A stretch of 60,780 bases of DNA, filler included, from Catajapyx aquilonaris (taxonomy: Eukaryota), in NCBI GenBank assembly GCA_000934665.2. It is 3 parts of 3 records of this genome, joined end to end, with 100 filler letters (N's around TTAATTAATTAA, not from the genome) between each part and the next. Parts side by side here need not be neighbours in the genome. Positions count along the whole stretch, not along the records: positions 40,597 to 60,780 come from JYFJ02006315.1; 2 more parts are not named here. One strand, 5' to 3'. Both the position numbers and the translations under genes were made by a program. Under the pieces are notes generated by a model. The model was not told where the DNA came from, made no database searches, and saw only the letters and a program-made list of their open reading frames with translations. This document shows, piece after piece, positions 48,201 through 60,780 of this stretch. How positions within the stretch are numbered: the stretch's first letter is position 1; each line of letters starts with the position of its first letter.

Positions 48201-51180
48201 TGTTGTTCCTGTATGTCAACGTGTGATTGAGATGTGCTGCTGGTAAAAATTGCGTCTATCTTTGCAGGACACATCGGCTAAGGATGATAGCCAAGAAGAC
48301 AATGTGACAGAGCAGACCCACCGCATCATCATCCCAAGCTACACCGCATGGTTTGACTACAATGCCATTCACTCTGTTGAGAAAAGAGCTCTGCCCGAGT
48401 TCTTCAACGGCAAGAACAAGTCCAAGGCGCCCGAGATTTACTTGGCGTATCGTAACTTCATGATAGACACGTACCGCCTGAACCCCACCGAGTACCTGAC
48501 CAGCACAGCCTGCAGGCGCAATCTGGCGGGAGACGTGTGTGGCATCATGAGAGTCCATGCTTTCTTGGAGCAATGGGGACTTGTTAACTACCAGGTATGG
48601 GATGGTTTAGAAGGAGAAACAAACATACGTGGGTTTCAGCCACACAATCTCGTCTGTGCGAGCATTAGCGGCGATTGTTTCACTTACTAAAGCAGTGGAA
48701 TTTCCGCAACTCCTGTGTCCTTCCTGAGATGGGTGTTGTACTATGTGGTGTTATCCAGGAATGTGGGGTCTTCAAACTTTTTTTTGCATACCTGAGCAGT
48801 TGGTGCAATGAGTCAAAATATGTCCCATGTTGCAGGTGGATACAGAGAGTCGTCCTACTGCAATGGGACCACCTCCAACTTCTCACTTCCATGTCCTTGC
48901 GGACACTCCATCGGGCCTGCAACCCATCAATCCGCTGAGGGCCACTCAGCCATCTGCAGCACAGCACCTGATGGACTTTGATAGGAATAAGGAGCCTCCC
49001 AAGAGGAGTGACACGGATATTGGACAGCATTTTGGCCTGCGGTTGGACCAGTAAGTGAAGTCTGACACGGCCGTCACTTGTGACTCCGTACCTAATTGGA
49101 ATCCTCCTTGACAGGTACGGCAAGAAGACCGCAGTAATGAAGAACAAGCATGCGGCCACCCTTTCCCGCGAGTGGACTGAGCAAGAGACACTGCTGTTGC
49201 TGGAGGCCCTGGAGATGTACAAGGATGACTGGAACAAGGTCTGCGAGCATGTGGGGAGCCGCACGCAGGACGAGTGCATCTTGCACTTCTTGCGTCTTCC
49301 TATTGAAGATCCCTACCTGGAAGACTCAGAGTTAGGTGTGTGCCACATTTTCTTCCCCCCCCATTGTTACCAGTCTGATGTATTTACAAGTCAAAAGTGC
49401 TGTACTGCCTGTTCTCCTACCTGTTGGACATGATATGTGTAATGTCACGGATTCGGGACAGTCTTTCCTTATGCTCCGACAGGTGCTGCCGCAGGACCGC
49501 TGGCATACCAGCCAATGCCGTTCAGCAAGTCTGGAAACCCTGTCATGTCAACCGTCGCATTCCTGGCTTCTGTGGTGGATCCACGTGTGGCAGCATCAGC
49601 TGTCAAATCTGCAATGGCGGAATTTGCCAAGATAAAGGTTAGTCTGTTTGGACGTTCTTGTTGATTTGCAACACTTTGAAAACGTTGCTTTTGAATAATT
49701 GTGAACTATCAAAATCTCAACTTTTGGTAGTGAAGCACACTTTCTAACGTGGCAGAAAGGTTGAATGTATGTCACATTCACTGCATGGGCGTGAATCGGG
49801 TTGTGCTCAAAGCCTCGATGCCAAATAATGAGAGTTAGTTGTAGTTGTCATGCTGAAATTGTGACTACGACTTTCCAGGATGAGGTACCTGCTTCTGTGC
49901 TGGATGCCCACGTGAAGAGTGTGGAAGCCGCTGCCTCAGAAGGGAAGTATGATCCTGCGTCTGGATTAGTTAAGGTGAGAACTGGTGCGGTTCTGCTAAA
50001 AAACTTTGCAGTCCTAACTCCTCTTTTTATTCGTTAGAGTGGAATTGCTGGGACCGCTCCTGAGAAAGAAGAGGAGAGTGCAGATAAAGACAAGGAGAAG
50101 GAGAAAGAGAAGGAGAAGGAGAGTGGTTCAAAGGAAAGTGAGGAGAAGGCTGCAGAAGAAAAACCAAAGGAGGACGAGAAGGTGGAGACGGAAGAAAAGA
50201 AAGACGAGGAGGAGGAGGGTCCCGAGAAAGAGGAAAAGAGTAGTGAGAAGGAGAAGGATGAGAAGGCTGAAGAGCAGCTGTCGAAGGAGGACGAGAAGAA
50301 GATGGAGACGGAAGAGAAGAAAAAGGAGGCCGAAGAGGATGATGAAGCAGTGGGCGAGAGCAAGGAGGATAAGCCGGCAGCCGCAACGGAGGAGGCAAAG
50401 GACGCTGAAAAGGAAGGAGGCAAGGAGGACGATGAGAAGGAGGAGGCAGAAGAGGAGGAGGAGGAGGCGCCCAAGACAGACCAGCCGCAGGAGAGGACTG
50501 TGAAGGATGCAGAGTTGCAGGCAGCTGCAGCTGCGGCTCTGGGTGCTGCTGCTGTCAAGGCAAAGCACCTGTCCGCTGTGGAGGAGCGCAAGATAAAATC
50601 CCTGGTGGCCATGCTGGTGGAGACTCAGATGAAGAAGCTGGAAATAAAACTGCGTCACTTTGAGGAATTGGAAACCATCATGGACAGGGAGCGAGAGACT
50701 CTGGAGTACCAGCGCCAGCAGCTGCTTCAGGAGCGCCAGCAGTTCCACTTGGAGCAGCTTCGGGCTGCTGAGATGAGGGCTCGTCACCTGGCGCAGCAGC
50801 GTCTGGCTGCGGAGAAGGGATGGGCGGCACAGGCAGCTGCCGTTGCGGCTGTGGGTGCCACCACTGAGGGCCCTCCTGCTCCGGCATCACACATGTACAC
50901 CCCTCCACCACCTCCTCCTCCTCCTCCTCCTCCACTTGCCCCTCCTCCGCCCTCCCAGCCACTACCTTCCCAGCCACCGCAGCAGCCCATCATCGCCAGC
51001 AGCGGTGGCGCTCCCCCTGCCCCTCCTGCTCCATTCCTGCCAGCCCCTGCCCCTGGACCAACTGCCACCCAGAGTGTGGCACCCCCAGCCATGGTGGCAC
51101 CCCCAGTTGTGCCGGCCCCTGGGGAAGGTGGCGCAACAGGCACCCCTCCTCCTGCCGCACCCATGCCATCCACTTCCTAA
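45289..51180 (+). CDS. SMARCC2: SWI/SNF complex subunit SMARCC1/2 (BAF155/170, moira)
   Basis: 13 in-frame exons: 45289-45414, 45761-45880, 45955-46059, 46987-47155, 47359-47558, 47633-47731, 47790-48134, 48268-48594, 48836-49050, 49115-49335, 49483-49637, 49879-49974, 50038-51180. Contains KKDGGP, chromo-like [17 protein letters not shown], the [10 protein letters not shown] coiled coil and a Pro-rich tail. Confidence 0.96.
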
Positions 51181-51605
51181 GCATTCTAAATATTTGGACC
51201 ATTGCATTTTGGTAGCAGTTTATTTCATCAGCTTCTCATTAATTTTTGTATGTTGCTTGCTTCATTATTTGGACGCGTGTGGCCAAGTCCCATGGAAGAA
51301 TCTGATAGTATGGCTCCGAGCCCTGTGATTTCCTTACTTGATGCTTCTCTTTTGTTCGCAACAAAAATTGTAAATGGAATGGCAATCCTAGAGAGTGAAT
51401 CAGAACTACAGGTTTATATCAGGTGGCCGGGCCCGAAGCAAGTTGAAACTGGAGGTGGGAAATGCCACGAAAGTGTTTGAAGAGCCTTAAAAGGTCTCAG
51501 TATGCCTGCAATGGGCGTCCAGTTACTATTATTATTACGTATACAATAGATGACAATACGAAGATTATTATGGTAAAATTGCAAACTATTGAGCTGAAAA
51601 GAATG

Positions 51606-51884
51606 CAGGTTGAGAATCCTTTATCCAGAAGTTCACGATCCGAAAGTATTTTGAGTGCGGACGTGACAACGCCACAAGTGGAAAAAAATGCTGCGAGTGT
51701 ACCGTCATTGCCTGTATCTGAACGTATATAACGTTATTAAAAATTGGTGTATAATTACCTTTGTGGTTTACGTACGATCTTTGTTTCGATGTTTTGGATG
51801 TCGTAAAAGCTGTATACAAATGTTCCAAAATCTGCAACACTCGCTGTCCCAAGAATCAATTTCGGATGAAGGATTCTCAACCTG
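51606..51884. mobile_element. Tigger/MER2-like MITE downstream of the SMARCC stop
   Basis: CAGGTTGAGAATCCTTTATCCAGAA vs TTCGGATGAAGGATTCTCAACCTG. Confidence 0.6.
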
Positions 51885-52394
51885 GGTCATGATAATGTGG
51901 AAGCTTTAATTCGTTGTTACAATCAATGCAGGATGCTTCTGGGAGTTGTCCTTTTGGGAACAGGATTGTGTTGGTCGTAAACTATAAGTGTCAATAATTG
52001 TGTATAGAAGTAGTAGACACTTTTAAAAGAGTTGTGTGCTAATGACATATTTAGGATTGTGTAATGCGTTAGAGAAGAAAAAAAGATATGCATATCTGGC
52101 AGTGAAGCCCTTGCATACATATTTTATTGTATCTCTCAAATGTGAGTAATTTGGTGAATAAAAAAATGATGAAACGGCTGATGTTGTCATTGCTCCGACT
52201 GCGTGTCCCGCACATGTCTTCTGCGCACATGTGTGAAGCAACTGCTGCAGGACCAGGGGAATGGTATGAACACAAAAGAAGGTCGGATAACCATAACAAT
52301 CTGAGGAGCAAAGAAGGAAACACACACACAAATGGAACCGATTGGATTATAATTAATTAATTAATTTTGCATTGCTTCCTGACTCTGCCAACAG

Positions 52395-53529
52395 ATGACG
52401 TGAGCGTGCATTTTGAGGTGGGTGGGCAGTGGGAAGCTTCGTTTCCAGCCCACTGCAGCGCTGGTACCCACTGGAGCGAGTGCATTTCCGAACGTGTTGT
52501 TGTTGGCGGCGGAGAAGAACACTCGCTTAATTTGCTTCTTTTTGATCTTTTCACGTCTCAATTTGTGCCTTCGGAGCCGCAGCAGGGCCAGGACAAAAAG
52601 GGAATGCCGGGCTGCCTGCCTCACGGACACACGAGGGGAAGGACTGGGAGATGCAGTGGTATGGAGGATCCGAAGCATGATGAGTCCAGAAGACCACCAC
52701 CTGATGACCATGGCTTCAATGGTGGGATCAAGGTTGGTTTGTTGTGCTGCAAACCTAGTCGCTTTTTTCTCTCACAAAACAATTGCTTATTACAGGAAGA
52801 TGCATTGCCCACAATAAGTCATGAGGAGGAGGAGGACCACGACTACAGTGCTGGTGAAATCCACCAAGGGGTGGAACACCCAGAATCCATTTCGACAGAC
52901 AGACGAGGAGAGATGGGCAGGGAGACGAGGCTGGATGACGGAGCCCAACTTCAGGTACACTAAACATGAAGGACACGATACCAGAGTTTTGATGATGCTG
53001 CAGTCCAAGTGGGTTACGGCCAAAACACAAAAAGATTTTGCGGCAGTGTCAAGCGGCAAACGCCTGCCCCGCCAATTATTATTAATTATTGGCAATAATA
53101 TGCCCCGCGACAAATATGCCGCAACGCGCGCCGTTTGCCGCGCGTTTTTTTTTTTGTGAAATGGCCTTTATTCTCTTACATTTTTTGCGTACACTACCCG
53201 GACTACCTGTCGTGTTAAGGCGGCTACACACGCGCAGGTTGCATCCGCAGTTGGAGTCGGAGTTGGACTCCACCTGCGGATGCAACCTGCCCGCCTTTAG
53301 CCGAGAGTTCTTTTCATGCCAGCTTGGCCTTGAGGGCCAGTACACATTTACAATGCACCTTGAATGTACTTAATATTGTAAGTGCTAATGAACTTTCCCA
53401 TGTGCAGGTGGATATCCAGGACAAGGAGTGTGCTGGAACGAATGCAGGGACACCAGAAGCTGCCTCTAAATGTGGGAGTGGTTCGCAAAAGGTACAGCAG
53501 CTGCATGATCAATCTGGAACAGTCAATCA

Positions 53530-53602
<73 letters not shown>

Positions 53603-55206
53603 AAGATACCTGAATGGCTCAGTGGGAGGAGAGAGGGAGAGAGAGAGAGAGAGAGAGAAATTGATTAGTTCCCCTCTGTAATCATAGGATAATTTGCATA
53701 CCATTTTTTTTAACGATCAGAAACATTGTTTGCTTTTTGCTCACTGTCAGATGGAAGTGTGCTCTGGTCCAAGGAAGTCTAAACTGAAGGCTCGGCAGAG
53801 GACGATGGAAATGATGGAGTGTCACTCTGGAAGGGGCAGCGACTCTGACAGTGGAGACAGCGGCGAAGACGTAGTGGTGTCTGACCTTGAGAGCGTGTTG
53901 TCAGAGGATGAGGTTCGTAATCTATTTCAGGACTAATGATGCGTAACTGAAAATATATTGCGACAGTTGTTCTCAGAGTGAAACCTGTGGTAGGGCATAA
54001 TAAAGGCCCATTCACACAGGCCGCCGCCGGTTTTGGTTTTTGGTCGCGTTGACACCGCGGACCAATCATGACTCGTGTAAACAAGCACAACCCATTGTTT
54101 AGAGCTTGTTTACATGGGTCATGATTGGTCCGCAGGGTCAACGCGACCAAAAACCAAAACCGTCGACGGCCTGTGTGAATGGGCCTTTAGATGTTACCGT
54201 GGGTCAGTAAGCCTCTGCTGTCCAGACTAAGGTCCTTAGAGCCTGTGTCCTGATTGAGGGGTCCAAAACTAATAAGAACATAATTGATGAATGTGATGCT
54301 CATTCGAGTCCCGTTGCCAGTTTTTGCATGTTGAATGAGCAAGGCAAAAGTATGATAGGGCTCTTAGATATTCAATGCAAGACATGTTGGATTGTGAGAT
54401 TAATGCAGTTGGGTAACTATAACTACACCTTGTTTAACATTTTTCAGGCTTCTGAGGAAAAGAAACTTCCAGTGGGAAGCAAGAAAATACTGAGCATCAG
54501 TGCTGGTCATTACCACAGAAAGACATCTTCAACCAAAGGATTGGAGCAGCACGAAACTACCCAGCAGGAGAGTGGCAGTGCCACTTGCTTGGAGCAAGAC
54601 CGTGATGTCGACCATGTAGTGGACGACGATAGGAACAACACAGGCAAGCATCTCTGCTCCTGCCACTTATGTGACAAGACATATACAAACCATCATGCCT
54701 TGCGGCTGCACAAAAATCTTGTCCACAAAGTGGGAGCAGCTGAGTCGTTCCAGTGTCACTTTTGCCTTAAAAATTTTTCACTCAAGTCAACCCTCATGCA
54801 GCACATGCAGGTCCACACTGTGGGGAAGCCGCACAAATGCTCCACTTGCCCCATGGAGTTCAGTGATCGCAGCACTTTAGTGGAGCATGAGCGGGTCCAC
54901 ACTGGAGAGCGTCCCTACGCATGTGACATATGTGGAAAGACATTTGCGTGGCTTGTTGGATTACAGAGTCACAAAAGTTTCATCCACAATAAGGATCGAA
55001 TTTTTCAGTGTGACTTGTGTCCCAAGACATTTGGAGAGTACGAATTGTTAGCAAAGCACAAGCAGACCCATACTAGGGAGAAGGGGAAGAAGATCTTCAC
55101 CTGCCATGTTTGCATGAAGGTCTATGCTGACTACAAGAACTTCAGGAAGCACTTGAGCCAAAAGCATGGATCACAAGATTGTGGAAGTATTGATTTACCC
55201 ATATAG
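52395..55206 (+). CDS. C2H2 zinc-finger protein (6 fingers), 5' end uncertain, possible degenerate ZAD upstream
   Basis: In-frame exons 52395-52732, 52796-52954, 53408-53491, 53751-53912, 54448-55206; the last has six C2H2 fingers with an HTGERPY linker. An upstream segment ~52191-52263 (CSDCVSRTCLL...) splices in frame. Confidence 0.8.
53017..53167. mobile_element. PIF/Harbinger-like MITE (related end at 40597-40660)
   Basis: TTA-CGGCCAAAACACAAAA ... TTTTGTGAAATGGCCT-TTA; the same right end occurs at 40597-40660. Confidence 0.6.
53218..53296. mobile_element. Tiny Harbinger-like palindromic MITE
   Basis: TTA-AGGCGG...GCAGGTTGCATCCGCAG / CTGCGGATGCAACCTGC...CCGCCT-TTA. Confidence 0.6.
53532..53658. 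repeat. (TA)n and (GA)n microsatellites
   Basis: Directly visible. Confidence 0.92.
54004..54186. mobile_element. PIF/Harbinger palindromic MITE
   Basis: TAA-AGGCCCATTCACACAGGCCG ... CGGCCTGTGTGAATGGGCCT-TTA; ~82-bp near-perfect arms. Confidence 0.88.
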
Positions 55207-57789
55207 TAATCGACACTTGAAAACTTTCTTGTTGTATTAAAACTGATGGCAGGGAATACATTGTAACTGATTTTCTTTCTCTGCTGTACCCACCATTACA
55301 TCCCCAGGAAGAATGCCTAAGGATGTCATTTTAAACTTTTTCAAGGAAAAAAAATCTCATAGAACTGCTCTGTCTGTCTGTCTGTGGACAGGTATCAGAC
55401 AGAGCCGTGCTATAAGACTTTTCAATGGATGAAAAAAGGTCTAGTATAAGATGGGTTTGCTAGGATAGATTTTTTAAAAGGGAAAGGGGTTAAGTCCACT
55501 TTCGGCCAAAAATGAGCAGTTATGGGTGGTTTCAGTCCCAGTACCGTGACGGACGTTGGGGACAATAGCAGTAAACGTGGAAAAGTCTACTTTAATCACT
55601 CCAGCGTGATTTGCCAATCTTGTTTTGTTGCATCTACTCTATGCCGTTGAAATAATTGAATGCCCAATAAATGTGGTTCAAGGGCCGAGAGTGAGGCGTA
55701 ATAATTACTACAGGATCCGTTTTGCAGTGACTCACAGGTATTTTTAGTAGTTGTGATTTCTAGTTGACCCAATGAAACCTTGGTATTTTGACCTATTAGT
55801 ACTTTGTCTGGCAAAAATTGGGGTGTGAAAGTTGCCCTCTTGCAATTTTTTGATTGTTTCAAATAAAATTGTCATTCGCGTCACTTGACACCTACCATTT
55901 AAAGAACTAAACCTGAAATGGCAATCGTAGATTCCCAATGCGTTTCAGTTGCAATATATTGTTCAGTAAAGATGGCGTGTAATTGACACTATGTAATTCC
56001 ACAATGGTCGCCCCATCGAGGAGGGCATTGCAAATGAGGAATCATTATGGACATTCCATGAGCTCCTTTATCATTGGGAGAAAAAAAGTATCGAAAAATA
56101 AAGAAGGTAGATAACCATAAGGTTTCTGGACTCAATGATGCAACAGATGAGAGCGATTGCACCGAGGTAATGTCCAAAGATTGATAAAGCCAGGTTACAA
56201 TATATCAGCAAGACCACATCACTTGAATGCGTCCAAACAACAGCCAAACCAATTACCTCGCATCTGTAGACTAATTTATGGTACGAGTTCCAATTACAAT
56301 GCATGTTCGGATGCCAAACTGAGCCTGATGACTGAGACTTTTTCTTCGACTGCCTGAACATCTCTATTGTAGGTGATGAAGCTTAAGTTGTAGTGTAACA
56401 TGTATGCATGGACAATAAGACACTGGTCAATTTTTCTCATGCAGGGTATTTTTTCATGCCCGCCGTAGTATGCAACATGATTGCATGGCATCTGCAAATG
56501 GGCCTGACATTAACAGACGTCTCTTCAACAGTGTCATCCTGTGGCCACTCATCACTACCCTGCAGGTTTACCTGTGACATTCACAAATAATATTCACACG
56601 TCAGACGTCACATAAAAATCTCCTCGTCGTTTGTCGTCTTTTTACATGGCAAATAATAGCAACTGACAAGTTGGATGGAAGCATTTGCATAATAATTAAT
56701 CGTAAATCACGCCAACGTACGAATTGAAACTTTATTTCTTCCATATAAGCTGACTTTGCAAATAGTTCAGAGTATAGGTGTGCGGAGTGATGACTTTCCA
56801 AGAAAATCGAACTACTTGCTTGACATCTTGTATAATGTATTTTGGTCGCATTTATATATAATTAAAACATGTAAATAATTTAGTCTGTCATTATATAAGT
56901 TTGAGAAAGCATTTAAACCAAAATAGCGCACGCAGCATCATTTTATGGCCTATACAGTTCTCGCTCATCATTGGAATTTCCAAAATATGAGGGACATTTT
57001 TCAAAATTAAAGTCTGTTATGTCCAGCCCGGATTTTTTCAAGGACTTTGCATGTACATGCCACAACTCACCGTTAATTGCAGTTACATCATCCAAGGTCA
57101 TTGAGCCTTATTGCGACCAACACGTGACTGCAGCAGTGGCCTAGACGTTCTTGGTGTCAACGATGGTTGCATCCCAGCAGTACACCAGCACAAACACACC
57201 CTGCACATCATAAAATGCATTTAATAGGGAAATTATTATTATTAATAAATTCACCCCAGTTCGACTGCCCCCATTCGCACGCATTCTAACTCAATTAACG
57301 TGTACTTCTAATGGATATAAAGTCTACTTAATGAACCTGATGAAAATGTATGTTAGTCCGGCCTATTATGACATACCGGTACGCCGACCTGCTGTCCTTG
57401 CCACGCCACCACAGTTATTGTACCTGCACCGTAGTGACCTGCACACGACTCCCACTCCTCTTCCATCAGGTCGAAGTTGCGGCATTATGGTCACCATTAT
57501 TGGCCGATTCGCACCCACCCCCTCCTCAGGACGTGTGATCCGCCGTGGTGGCCCACCAGTATATAGTGCCAACAACAGAAATGGGGGCGAAGTGTACAGC
57601 TACGGCTACGAAGATATGTGGGGCGATTTCACTCTTTGCAGCAATCAATTGGGCCATGTCGCACTTTTTCCAGGATGCACATTATTTTATAATTGCTGTT
57701 ACTGACGCTTACTTTCAATTTAAAATGGTATGGGCGGTATTGCAGCTAAACATAATTAATTGTTGTGTGGCTCAACTATATACTTGAAT

Positions 57790-57790
57790 A

Positions 57791-57858
<68 letters not shown>
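57790..57858. repeat. (TAT)n microsatellite
   Basis: Directly visible. Confidence 0.92.
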
Positions 57859-57859
<1 letters not shown>

Positions 57860-58329
57860 GAAGCTCCAAAGAAATGATTGTCTCAAGTGCCTGCTGTCAT
57901 TATTCAGTTCTCATTGTAAGAGTTAATTATAATGTCCTTGTTCACTTTGTAGACTGTGCACCACCTAAGAGGGTTCGCTTGGAACAGCCATTGCAAGACA
58001 GACCTGACGATGACATTGTGCAAGTCCCTGCACAAGCCACAGGTGATGGTTACTCCAAAAACTAGAAAGCTGCGCTGCGCAAGATCTACTCTATAAGCCA
58101 CTAGTATCAACACCGAAGACCCCGTCAGTACCACAGCTTCTCAACTTGCTGAAGCCGTACCTGACCCCAGGCCTGCACAATCTTGTGTGCAATCAAGTGA
58201 GGGCAGGGAAAAAGAGTATAGAACTAGTGCACGTTGGACCAGTGATGTAAAAGGTATGGCTTTGGATATATATATATATATATATCCAAAGTCCTGCAGC
58301 GTACAGGTTATTGTCGCAGCTGGCCATTG

Positions 58330-60260
58330 TTCCCTCAAAATCTACTCTTCTTAGGTGCATCGTGCATGCAATGTCTCCCAGCAGAGATTGGTTTCAGTGA
58401 TGCTTTATTCCAGACTCTTGCAAATTCTGTTGAGGCATTGAAATCCCGGGACAGAAAGTGTGCATTAATGTGGGATGAAATGTCTTTGAAGGAGTTTCTG
58501 ATGGAATATGATTCAAACAAGGACAGACTTGTAGGATTTGCAGATTTTGGAACCGATCGGGAGGACAAAGTTGCCAATCAGCAGGCTCTGGTGTTCATGA
58601 TCAGAGGCCTATGCATGAACTGGAAACAGGTCATTGTTTTTTTTTTTTTTTGCACGAAACTGTGCTTCTGCACACCAGATTACATCTCTTGTTGAACAGG
58701 CAGTCAGAAAGATCACCAGCATTGGGCTTGAAGTTGTTGCCACTGATGTTTGCGACCAAGGTCCCTGTAATGTGCAGGCATATACAAAGTACTGAAAATA
58801 TCTGAAGAAAGGCCTTTCTTTCTCGTAGATGAGAAAAAAACCTTTCCATTTTTTGATCCACCCCATCTTCTCAAGTGTTTCCGCAACATGTTCATGTTGC
58901 ATGATGTGAAGATGGGGGACGACTCATCAGTTGCCAGCTTTGATCATGTAAGGCAACTGCACCTCTAACGACAAGGGCAAAAAATACAATCTTGCTCTCA
59001 GGAGGCTGAGGAATTACCATCTGAAAGTGAAGGGCTTGGCCTTAATATGCACGTGCGCACATACAGCAGCCCAAACACTCAGTCACAGCGTCGCAGCAGC
59101 ACTATGCTGTTTATCTGAAACTGGGAGTATCCTGCCTCTAGCAGCCCAGCACTCTGCTGACTTTGTTAGCACTGATGTCGACAAAATGTTTGACAGTGTC
59201 AACAGTCGGGTCATGAGGCATCCAACGAAGGACCTGTGTGGGGCTGTGAATCGACATCTCGTCACTTGCAAGTGTGGAGGGAGTGCAAAGAAAGTGTCAG
59301 AAATTGGACCTTTCTTAATAAGAATGGAAATATATGCCATGAAGTGTCCCCAGTCAAACTGGTTGGCTGGTGACACTCTCCGCAGCAGAACAGTTGTTGC
59401 TGTGGCTGCACTTGCAGGATGAGGGCCTGCCGTTCCTGCTCATGGGACGGCTAAACCAATAAGATTGTTCAGAGAATGCTTTTGGAGGAGCGAGGAAAAA
59501 AGGTGGATGAGGCTGCAGAGATAGGCCAAGAGAATTCTCCTACATTGCAAAGAAAATAATGGTGCAGAATCTACGATCCACATCAACAAAGAAGAATTGT
59601 GAAACCGACTTTGACAATCTCCTGAGCACTATGAGCGTCATGACGACACATCCCACTCAGGAATTATCAAGGAAGACACCCACCACACGAACAAGGAGCA
59701 ATCTATACCAATGACATGGAAGGTGTCAGAATTTCTACTGTTGCAGCTCATGGCCAATCATCCACCTCCACTCCATCCAGCACCCAAGGTGAAGCTGATG
59801 CAGACTTCAGCAACTGCAAATACCATGAGCAGGGCCTTGCTTATGTCTCTGGGTATTTATCCAAGCGGGTAATAAAAGCAACCTCAGCAAGTAGTGGTGA
59901 CTGTGAAGGATGCAGGGGATTACCGTTACATCAGATGCAGTGCCTCTGGGAGCGACATTTTTTTTTTACAAACAATATGACAACGTTGCAACAGGGTTAT
60001 TAACCTACCCATCTGAGGACCTTATGAAATAATGTGTTGAAGGTTAGTCTGAAGTGATTGACAAGGAGATACCCGCACCTATTTCCTTGGCAATCACTTC
60101 ATCCGCAATGTGCAGGATGTGATTAGGGTGGAGGGGAAGGATTACCTTAAATGGATTGATATTCACCCCGAGCATGCCGACCATTTATGTGACAAACTTG
60201 TATAATTATATTCTCACTCTTATTAAGATGTATGCCTGGGTGAAGGAAAGAAATGAATTG
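58330..60260 (+). pseudogene. Decayed P-element/THAP9-type transposase
   Basis: Motifs in order across several frames: CALMWDEMSLK, ALVFMIRGL..NWKQ, CDQG, FDPPHLLKCFRN, AAQTLSHSVAAAL, DKMFDSVNS, RLNQ*DCSENAFG; multiple stops and frameshifts. Confidence 0.88.
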
Positions 60261-60632
60261 TTGCGGTAAGAGAGGGAGAGAGAGAGAGAGAGAGGAAAAG
60301 GCTTGAGAAAAGAATGAAGAAAGACTGCACAGCATGTTTCACAATATACCGTACTAAAAAACTTATTTGGGTTTCGATAATATTTTGTAAGGGCTGTAAA
60401 ACGCTACATGTTTGTTTCAAATACACACAACGGAAAAATAAACAAGGTTTAATTTTCAACTATTGTCATTCCCAATTTCCCATTCGCCGATTCACATATC
60501 TTGCAGAGCACGCAGCAGCACAGCCAAGCAGAGCAAAATGGATATAAAGGGGTACCGTATTCTATGGAACGTGTTTCAGAGTATCGCAATTTACTGTTGG
60601 CACTGCTGCATACGGGATTGGTATCATTGGAG

Positions 60633-60780
60633 CGAAGGTAGCGACGCCATCTGCAGTGGTGAGAAGTACAATGCCGGGCTTTTACCAAGAGTAGTCTAAT
60701 TGCTAGAGTGTTCCACTTGGCGTAAAACCCGTTTTCAGGGGTTATACTTCTCACCACTGCGGATGGCGTCGCTACCTTCG
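60633..60780. repeat. Centre of a foldback palindrome running off the window end
   Basis: CGAAGGTAGCGACGCCATCTGCAGTGGTGAGAAGTA pairs with TACTTCTCACCACTGCGGATGGCGTCGCTACCTTCG. Confidence 0.85.

Overview
This is animal genomic DNA, probably arthropod or pancrustacean (inferred from the pickpocket-type channel, the ZAD-like/C2H2 genes, moira-type SMARCC and the TE complement). The window is three sequence blocks joined by two identical artificial 100-bp linkers (N44-TTAATTAATTAA-N44 at 20211-20310 and 40497-40596), so adjacency across them is not reliable. Block 1 (1-20210) holds the first three coding exons of a divergent CDK2-like kinase, with PSTTLRE in place of PSTAIRE. Its introns and upstream region are packed with nested DNA-transposon derivatives, many folded into long palindromes, plus SINEs and a Helitron. 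Block 2 (20311-40496) is gene-dense: the 3' part of an Epac/RAPGEF4-like gene with a U12-type AT-AC intron, a DEG/ENaC (pickpocket-like) channel, DDX23/Prp28 with DEGD in place of DEAD, PSMB3, and TE/LTR remnants. Block 3 (40597-60780) holds SMARCC (BAF155/170, moira), flanked on both sides by paralogous zinc-finger genes built from duplicated phase-0 exons, a P-type non-autonomous element with a THAP remnant, and a decayed P/THAP9-type transposase. Exon boundaries were read by hand and checked for frame; TE superfamily calls rest on termini and TSDs only. No rRNA, functional tRNA or CRISPR is supported.
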